Shown here one piece after another: positions 52,330 through 64,000 of a DNA stretch of 64,000 nt. The notes under the pieces are model-generated. The model was not told where the DNA came from. It made no database searches and saw nothing but the letters and a program-made list of their open reading frames with translations. The stretch is from Octopus vulgaris. Lineage: Eukaryota. The stretch covers positions 19,220,001 through 19,284,000 of the forward strand of contig OX597842.1 in the NCBI GenBank assembly GCA_951406725.2. Reading direction: 5' to 3'. Position numbers and translations under genes: made by a program. Numbering within the stretch: the first letter of the stretch is position 1; each line of letters begins with the position of its first letter.

Positions 52330-52786
52330 CAGCACCATCATCATCATCATCATCGTTTAACGTCCGTTTTCCGCGCTAGCACGGGTTGGACGGTTTGACC
52401 GGGGTCTGGGGAGCCAGGGGCTGCCCCAGGCTCCAGTCTGGTCTGGCAGTGTTTCTACAGCTGGATGCCCTTCCTAACGCCAACCACTCCGCGAGTGTAG
52501 TGGGTGCTTTTCACGTGCCACCTGCATAGGTGCCAGAGGGGTCTGGCATCGGCCACGATCGGTTGGTGCTTTTTTATGTGCTACCGGCACAGAAGCCAGT
52601 CAAGGCGGTGCTGGCATCGGCCACGTTCGGATGGTGCTGGTGGGGTTGGCATCAGTCCCGTTCGGATGGAGCTTTTTATGTGCCACCGGCACAGAAGCCA
52701 GTGGAGGCTGCACTGGCAACGGCCACATTCGGATGGTGCTGGCGGGGTTGGCATCGGTCACGTTTGGTTGGAGCTTTTTATGTGCC
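52330..52786 (-). mobile_element. RTE-3'-end element inserted only in the left palindrome arm
   Basis: (CAT)n + CGTTTAACGTCCGTTTTCC.. core; the right arm has only (TA)n at ~54950-54975. Confidence 0.85.
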
Positions 52787-54941
52787 ATATATATGTATAT
52801 ATACACACGAACGCACATATATACACCAATACACATACGCATACATAAATGTATACATATGTATATACATATGCATACACATATACACACACACACGCGC
52901 ATCTATATATACATAAATACATACATGCATACAAACATATACATATATACATACATGCATACTCAAATAATAAATATATATACGTGCAATTACCCATACT
53001 TACACATACATATACGCGCGCCTGTACACATACATACAGATACATACATATAAACATACACATATATACATATTTACACATATACACATATATACATACA
53101 TACATATACACATATATCTACATACATACATATACATAAAACACACAAGCATACATATATATATATCAATATACATATATATACACATATATATACATAT
53201 ATAAATATACATACATATGTAAATACACGTACACACATACATACGTATATTCATACTTACACCCATACATATATATACATATACATGTGTACTTATACAC
53301 ACCCATAAACATATACACAAGCATATACCTACACGTAAATATATACCCGTATACACACAGACTCATACACTAGTACATACACACACATATATGTACACAC
53401 ATATGCACACACACATATATACAAATACACAGATACATATACATACATACATACATACACATACATACATATCCATAAATACATATATGTGCATATACAT
53501 ACACATACATCTACATACACATATATATACGCACACACACATATATACATCTATATATATAAATATATACATATACACACTCATATATATACACATGCAG
53601 AACCATGTATACATATACACATGCATACGTATGCACGCCTTCACATACACATGTACATACACTGTAGCACATACATTCACATACAGATACGTATATGCAC
53701 TCGTATACATATATGTACGCACACGCACATATGCCTACGCCCATATATATGTGAATAGTCTTAGGAGAGAAGGTAATTGGGGGTGCTGAGGGAACGGTGG
53801 GGGTGGGGTGGGGGTGTCGTCAATCGGGTTGCCGGGTGGGTCTGTAGTTTTTGTATTTTGCATAAGTTTTGTGCAAGATCTCGGAACACTCCCCAAATTG
53901 TATGCACAAAGTTTATGCAAAATACAAAAACTACAGACCCACCCGGCAACCCGATTGACGACACCCCCACCCCCACCCCCACCGTTCCCTCAGCACCCCA
54001 ATTACCTTCTCTCCTAAGACTATTCACATATATATGGGCGTAGGCATATGTGCGTGTGCGTACATATATGTATACGAGTGCATATACGTATCTGTATGTG
54101 AATGTATGTGCTACAGTGTATGTACATGTGTATGTGAAGGCGTGATACGTATGCATGTGTATATGTATACATGGTTCTGCATGTGTATATATATGAGTGT
54201 GTATATGTATATATTTATATATATAGATGTATATATGTGTGTGTGCGTATATATATGTGTATGTAGATGTATGTGTATGTATATGCACATATATGTATTT
54301 ATGGATATGTATGTATGTGTATGTATGTATGTATGTATATGTATGTGTGTATTTGTATATATGTTTGTGTGCATATGTGTGTACATATATGTGTGTGTAT
54401 GTACTAGTGTATGATTCTGTGTGTATACAGGTATATATTTACGTGTAGGTATATGCTTGTGTATATGTGTATGGGTGTGTATATGTATATATATGTATGG
54501 GTGTAAGTATGAATATACGTATGTATGTGTGTACGTGTATTTACATATGTATGTATATTTATATATGTATATATATGTGTATATATATATGTATATTGAT
54601 ATAGATATACGTACGCTTGTGTGTTTTATGTATATGTATGTATGTAGATATATGTGTATATGTATGTATGTATATATGTGTATATGTGTAAATATGTATA
54701 TATGTGTATGTTTATATGTATGTATCTGTATGTATGTGTACAGGCGCGCGTATATGTATGTGTAAGTATGGGTAATTGCACGTATATATATTTATTATTT
54801 GAGTATGCATGTATGTATATATGTATATGTTTGTATGCATGTATGTATTTATGTATATATAGATGCGCGTGTGTATGTGTATGCATATGTATATACATAT
54901 GTATACATTTATGTATGCATATGTGTATATATGTGTGCGTT

Positions 54942-54974
<33 letters not shown>

Positions 54975-55079
54975 GAGTATATATGTGTGTGTATATGCCT
55001 GTATACCTCAGTGTGGATGTATGTATGTATATGGGTGTGCGTATGGACGTATATGTATGTGTATGTATATGTGTGTGTA

Positions 55080-55132
<53 letters not shown>

Positions 55133-55449
55133 ATGTGTATATGTATGTATATATGTATGGGTATATATATGTATATGTATGTGTTTGTATGTACGTGTAT
55201 ATGTATATGTATGTGTGTATATGTATGAACTTGTTGGGTTTCTTTTTTATATATGTAGATAGATATGTGTGCGTGTATGTGCGTAGATATGCGTATGTGT
55301 ATTAGTATGTGCATGTGTTTATATATATGTATGTATATGTATAGATATATATGGATGTATGTGTATGTAGGTATGTATATGACTGGTGTAAGTATATATG
55401 TGTATGTATATGTAGGTATATACGTATGTGTATGTGTGTATATGTGTGT

Positions 55450-55495
<46 letters not shown>

Positions 55496-56340
55496 GTATA
55501 TATATGGACTAGTTTTCTGTGTGTTTATAGATGTAAGTATGTGTATGCGTGTAGATATGAATTTGTAGGTACGTGTACGTATGTGTATATACGTGCATGT
55601 ATGTATATGTATGTGTGTAGGTAGGTATATGTAGGTATGCTTTTATGTACACGTGTATGCTTGCAGGTGTGCTAATATGTACTTAAAAGCGTATGGATGC
55701 GTATATATGCGTATGTATGTTTATATGCACAAATGTCTGTATATAGGCATATGCGTCTATATATGCGGGCAGATGTTCATGTGTGTTTATGTGTACTGAA
55801 GTACATTTATATATGTGGTTTTGTGTGTACATAGTTATGTGTACGTTTATGTGAAAGTCGGTACACTTATGTATGTATGAATATGTGTACTTGTGTGTGT
55901 ATAGGTATGTGTATACATAGAACACGTGCGTTTGTGTATGTGTATGAGTGTGCGTGTGAGTGTGTGTGCGTGTGTGAGTGTTTGTGTTCGTATCAGTGGG
56001 AAGAAAGATAGAAAGGAAGGGAGAGGGGCAATAAATGGTTTTTTTAGGCAGGCTAGCTCCCTTGGGAAGGTCTTACTTCAGTGCCGGCCTGGTAGGTCGA
56101 GGTCAAAATAAAAATAATAATAAAATAAAATAAGGGAAGAAATGTGTGTGTATATGTGTGCATGTATATACATATGTATATATATATGTATATATATATA
56201 TATATATGTGTGTGTGTATATATGTGTGTATATATATGTGAGCGTGTGTGTATGGGGGTGTATATTCTTTTTTTATATATATGTGTGTAGATATGTGTGC
56301 GTGTGCTTGCATGTTGGCATGTATGTGTGTGTGTATTTGT

Positions 56341-56374
<34 letters not shown>

Positions 56375-56443
56375 ATGTATGTGTATGGGTGTGTACGTAT
56401 ATGTATGTATATGGGTGCATATATATATATGTATGTATGTGTG

Positions 56444-56485
<42 letters not shown>

Positions 56486-56675
56486 TGATAGTCTTCTTAT
56501 TTACCTAAAACTCTATTCTATTATTCTATTTATTCTTTTATCTACTTTATCACTGATTCTTTTGACCACTCCCCTAAGAAAGACAGTCTGCTCCATGCCG
56601 ACCCCAAAAAGTCCACTACCACCACCACTTTAAATCTGCCTAAATGTATAAATGCCAAAACTATTCTTGTCACCA

Positions 56676-56726
56676 AGCTTCCTGATGATTTCTTTTGAAT
56701 GAAACAGTTCTAGTCTTGTAGAAGCT
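56676..56726 (+). ncRNA. Type I hammerhead ribozyme at the right end of the palindrome
   Basis: AGCTTC-CTGATGA-TTTCTTTTGAAT-GAAA-CAG-TTCTAGTC-TTG-TA-GAAGCT (G-U pair in stem III). Confidence 0.78.
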
Positions 56727-56874
56727 CCTTCTATAAAATAAATTAATTTACTCTGCTATGTATTGAGTACCTTATTTACTGTGGTTAACCCCGACTCAAC
56801 CCGGGACCTACATATATATATATGTATGTATATATATATACATACATATAAGTATATATATATATGTATGTATG

Positions 56875-57113
56875 TATATGAAAGAAAGTTTGAAAATGCA
56901 ATTTTAAAAGGTGTTTAAAAGGTGATAATTTCTTGTAGCTTTGATTATTATCGTTATTTTCTTTAATTGAAAAAAAGCAAAGCAAAACAAATACATGATT
57001 TGTGTACACATTTGGTGGCTAATGTGTTGTAATATGGATTACGGAATGTTTGAATTTGCAGCTGAAAGTAAACACCTTTAAAAATTGCGTTTTCAAACCT
57101 TCTTTCACATATA
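56875..57113. repeat. Small inverted-repeat element
   Basis: GAAAGAAAGTTTGAAAATGCAATTTTAAAAGGTGTTT versus AAACACCTTTAAAAATTGCGTTTTCAAACCTTCTTTC. Confidence 0.65.
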
Positions 57114-57221
57114 TTTCCACTCGTGCGGTATCTTAGAACCTCACTTTCTTATTTATATAAATATATATACATACATAGATACATACATACATCCATATAT
57201 ATATATATGTATATATATATA

Positions 57222-58418
<1,197 letters not shown>

Positions 58419-58535
58419 GATATATATATATAAATATATATATACTTATATATGAATATACATGCATATATATATATATATATACACATATATACATACA
58501 TAGATAAATACATACACACACACGCACACACACAT

Positions 58536-58620
<85 letters not shown>

Positions 58621-59043
58621 TATGTATGTATATATGTGTGTATGTATGTATGTATATAATTTATATCCATTTAAAAGAAGAAAATTAAACAAGATCGATC
58701 CTCTTAACATCCAAAAGAACATGTTTTCAATTTGATGAAATTATACACATGTCACATAGATGTAAATTTAATGTATAAATTTGTAATAATTTCTTGAAAT
58801 AGCTGTCAGCAGCAAAGATGACCAATTTGATAACAAAATGTATTAAATTCCTTATCTCTAATTTCTTTATTTCTTTTAAATGAATATAAACCATGTGCTT
58901 AATAAGATCTATATATAATATATATGCTTTATATAGATCTAATGATTTAAGGGACTTTCATTTTGCCCAAATTTTAGGTATTAAATCAGTATTTCCTTGA
59001 ATACAACTATCCCTTGAAAAGGCTAACATATCCCCTAATTATA

Positions 59044-59088
<45 letters not shown>

Positions 59089-59639
59089 GTGTTAAATACA
59101 TTATAGGTATATACATACATATATATATTATATGAATGTATGCATGTATGTATAGACAGATTGATAAATTGGGGAATAAGTCTGGGCGTATATGTATTTC
59201 AGTTTTACATATTTTTCTAAATTCACACAAAAGGGTGACCTAAGATTAGAATAAAGACAAGTTTGTTTTGAGTTATAAGTTCAGTGATGCAGAGACGTAA
59301 TAAGAAAAGATTGAGATATTTTTTAGTTTCTTTAGAATTGTGAAAGAAAAGAAATAGTGAGTCAGCATTTGAACGAATCTTACATTGTGCAACAAATAGG
59401 TGGTACGCAAATAGCTATGTACATGTACATATATGCAGATAATTAGGTGTATGTGTGTGTATGTATGCAGTTCTATATGTATTTAAGTATGTATATTGTG
59501 TATGTGTGTGTATGTGAATGTGTGTGAGCGTATGTATACCTATGTTTGGATTTAGTTTAATATGTATGATTGTCTATAGTTATGTATATATGTAAACATG
59601 AAATCTCCATGTATGTATATATATATATATACATTTATG

Positions 59640-59738
<99 letters not shown>

Positions 59739-60119
59739 TATATATATATATATATATATTTATGTATATATATATATATATATATATTATGTATATATAT
59801 ATATATATATGTATTTATGTATATATGGTGATGATGATGATGGCTATCCGCTCTTAAGCAAAGAAGACCATCACTGACCATCACCCATGTGAAATATCTG
59901 CAAGGACCGTTCTAAGTCGTACAGTGTTCACGGATGGCTTTATTCTGATTCGCAGTTGTAGCTTTCATGCTCCCCACAGTGCCCTCCAAATTCATCGGGC
60001 GTCGTAAATGACTGTCGCCTAGCGATTGTATAACCTCCAATTTTAAATCCAATAAGGCTTGGCTGACCCCTCACAGATCCTTTCCATCCTATTGACATGA
60101 TCCAGAGACAAGGGCTGGC

Positions 60120-60335
60120 AGAGTATCCAGGGCTAGTGTGAATCGCAGGCTGAATGTGGGGGTATTATGATCCCATGCACAACCAAAACATCCCCCATAA
60201 TTTAAGGTATCATTTACACACACGCAAACGCATATATACATACATGCATATACACACGTATTATGGATATATACATATAAACTACTTTAAAGGAGGCAGT
60301 GGGAAGTTATGGTGTTTGAGTAGTTTGGTGTGTGT
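60120..60335 (+). repeat. Left copy of an inverted duplication (partner at 63780-64000; partial direct copy at ~61610-61730)
   Basis: CAGAGTATCCAGGGCTAGTGTGAATCGCAGG.. is the reverse complement of the window end. Confidence 0.88.
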
Positions 60336-60374
60336 GTTTGTGTATATAGATATATATATATATATATACATATA

Positions 60375-60475
<101 letters not shown>

Positions 60476-60483
60476 TATATATA

Positions 60484-60557
<74 letters not shown>

Positions 60558-60567
60558 TATATATATT

Positions 60568-61087
<520 letters not shown>

Positions 61088-61133
61088 TAATATATATATA
61101 ATATATATATAATATATATATGTATATATAATC

Positions 61134-61218
<85 letters not shown>

Positions 61219-61305
61219 ACATATATATAATATATATATATATAATATATAAATATATATATAATATAATATATATATATATATATATATATAACATATA
61301 TATAT

Positions 61306-61380
<75 letters not shown>

Positions 61381-61425
61381 TAATATATATATATATATAT
61401 AATATATATATATATAATATATAAC

Positions 61426-61510
<85 letters not shown>

Positions 61511-61516
61511 ATATAA

Positions 61517-61571
<55 letters not shown>

Positions 61572-61768
61572 TATAATATATATATAATATATATATATAT
61601 AAATATATACATACATGCATACACATGTATAGTGGATATATACGTATATACTTCATCATTTTATACATATATAGACACCTTCTTTAAAGGAGGCAGTGTG
61701 AAGTTATGGTGTATTAAGTAGTTTGGTGTATATATACATATATATATACAGAGAGAGAGAGAGAGAGG

Positions 61769-61841
<73 letters not shown>

Positions 61842-62259
61842 CACACACATATATATATATACACACATATATATATATATATACACATATATATGTATAT
61901 ACATATATATATATATACATCATCATCATCATCGTCGTTTAACGTCCGTTCTCCATGCTAGCATGGGTTATATATATATATATATATATATATATAGGCA
62001 AAGCCAGTCAAATGCATATACCTGGTGAAGTCGGTGAAAGCAGAATCCCGGCAAGATGGCCCACCCAACTACAGAGTTATTGTTTCCACTGTGGTAGTAC
62101 CACACAAAACAAAGTATCAGGAAAACTGAAGCACCTCAAACGTCAATTAGTAAAATGATAAATGGCATGACCCGCTTTGACTATTGGGGTCAACTAGAGA
62201 AGCACAAGCTTAATTCTCTGCAACGTTGCCATGAGCGCTATATCATCTGCATGATGGGG

Positions 62260-62580
62260 AAAACATTCCATCTGCATTGCCTGAATAATGCCGGCATCTC
62301 CTTTAAGATATAACCAAGACTTCTGCCCCGTGCTATCCCCCAACAACATAAATCACACTTGCATCTCATAACAACAATACAGAACTACAATTTCGCATCA
62401 AGTGACCCCATTCTCTTTAATATGATATCAAAACACAGCAGATCCCATAAAGTTCAAGAAGTCTTTGGAAAAATTCCTTCGAGAAATCCCGGATAAACCT
62501 CCTACACCCAGATATGTCTCTGGAAACAATAACTCTCTATTTGAGTGGGCCATGTTGCCTGAATTCTGCTTCGACTGATT
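62260..62580 (+). pseudogene. CR1/L2-type LINE 3' fragment
   Basis: KFLREIPDKPPTPRYVSGNNNSL. Confidence 0.5.
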
Positions 62581-62600
62581 TTTGCCTATCTATATATATA

Positions 62601-62731
<131 letters not shown>

Positions 62732-62732
62732 G

Positions 62733-62924
62733 CTCTTTTACTCTTTTACTTGCTTCAGTCATATGACTGTGGCCATGCTGGAGCACCGCCTTTAATCAAG
62801 CCACTTGACCCCGGGACTTATTCTTTGTAAACCCAGTACTTATTCTATCAGTCTCTTTTGCCAAAACACACCAGCATCGGTTGTCAAGCAATGCTAGGGG
62901 GACAAACACAGACACAGAAACATG

Positions 62925-62976
<52 letters not shown>

Positions 62977-63141
62977 TACGACGTGCTTCTTTCAGTTTCC
63001 GTCAACCAAATCCACTCTCAAGGCTTTGGTCGGCCCAAGGCTATAGTAGAAGACACTTGCCCAAGGTGCCACGCAGTGCAACTGAACCCGGAACCATGTG
63101 GTTGGTAAACAAGCTACTTACCACACAGCGACTCCTGCGCC
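62733..63141 (-). mobile_element. SINE (main family)
   Basis: Tail, microsatellite and head. Confidence 0.88.
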
Positions 63142-63162
63142 TTATATGTATATATATGTATA

Positions 63163-63538
63163 CTAGCAGTATCACCCGGCGTTGCTCGGGTTTGTAAGGG
63201 AAATAACTATAAAGCATTTTTAGAGAGTTATAGCCCAAAAATAGCAAAAAAATGGGAAAAAAAATTATGGTAAATTTTTTTGATAGTTAAAAAGGTCGAG
63301 TTGCGTCCCCTAGACCATCTGTGGTTTGTGCTTCTGATTGTCGACCCCATGTCAAATTTATCGATCATTTTCAAAACTGGGGGAACATTTCAAAATTTTC
63401 GCTGCGTTAGTTTTGAATTATGACATTGGGCTATGTGTGTGTCAAGTTTCATCAGAATCGGTTGAAAGCCGTGGTCGGGGTGAGGGTACAACCTGACAGA
63501 CACACAGACAGACAAACTGCCGTTTATATAGAGAGAGA
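63163..63538 (-). mobile_element. Non-autonomous Helitron-like element
   Basis: CTAGCAGTATCACCCGGCGTTGCTCGGG terminus shared with the 29633 element. Confidence 0.7.
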
Positions 63539-63560
63539 TATTTATATACATTATATATGT

Positions 63561-63631
<71 letters not shown>

Positions 63632-63779
63632 ATAGAATATAGAATAGTATATCGAATATATAGAATAAGTACTTGGCTTACAAAGAATAATTCTCGGGGT
63701 CGAGTTGCTCGACTAAAGGCGGTGCTCCAGCATGGCCGCAATCAAATGACTGAAACAAGTAAAATGAGTATATACACAC

Positions 63780-64000
63780 ACACACACACCAAACTACTCA
63801 AAGCAACATAAGTTCCCACTGCCTCCTTTAAAGTAGTTTATATGTATATATCCATAATACGTGTGTATATGCATGTATGTATATATGCGTTTGTGTGTGT
63901 GTAAATGATACCTTAAATTATAGGGGGATGTTTTGGTTGTGCATGGGATCATAATACCCCCACATTCAGCCTGCGATTCACACTGGCCCTGGATACTCTG
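63780..64000 (-). repeat. Right copy of the inverted duplication, reaching the window edge
   Basis: Reverse complement of 60120-60335. Confidence 0.88.

Larger units (their letters stand above)
50614..56737. repeat. ~6.1-kb palindrome (arms ~50614-53875 and 53903-56737, 27-bp spacer)
   Basis: Unique anchors mirror each other, e.g. TTTTGACCTCGACCTACCAGG at ~51250 versus CCTGGTAGGTCGAGGTCAAAA at ~56090, and both termini match. Confidence 0.95.

Noticed and set aside
50614-56737. Palindrome as a read fold-back artefact
   Set aside because: The arms differ by many substitutions and a ~450-bp insertion, which a chimeric read would not produce. A haplotype mis-join is still possible

Overview
Eukaryotic, very AT-rich, (TA)n-saturated genomic DNA. 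The SINE and RTE-LINE families look cephalopod, probably Octopus (inference). One multi-exon gene is on the + strand (~20061-46741). It has 12 in-phase coding exons plus one out-of-frame duplicate exon and encodes ~675 aa with an ankyrin repeats - RING (C3HC4) - linker - Death domain architecture. Its exon 4 holds six near-identical 102-bp ankyrin units that vary almost only at ligand-contact positions, and one unit carries a 1-bp frameshift. The rest is mobile DNA: a near-complete RTE LINE, an ORF1-only retroelement nested in a SINE, a SINE-derived 170-bp satellite running into a 100-N gap, and a gypsy gag remnant. It also holds mariner, piggyBac-like and Helitron-like elements and a Penelope GIY-YIG fragment. 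A ~6.1-kb palindrome ends in outward-facing hammerhead ribozymes, and about six hammerhead motifs are visible in total. Most ORF-track entries (YIYI.., CVCV..) are microsatellite artefacts.
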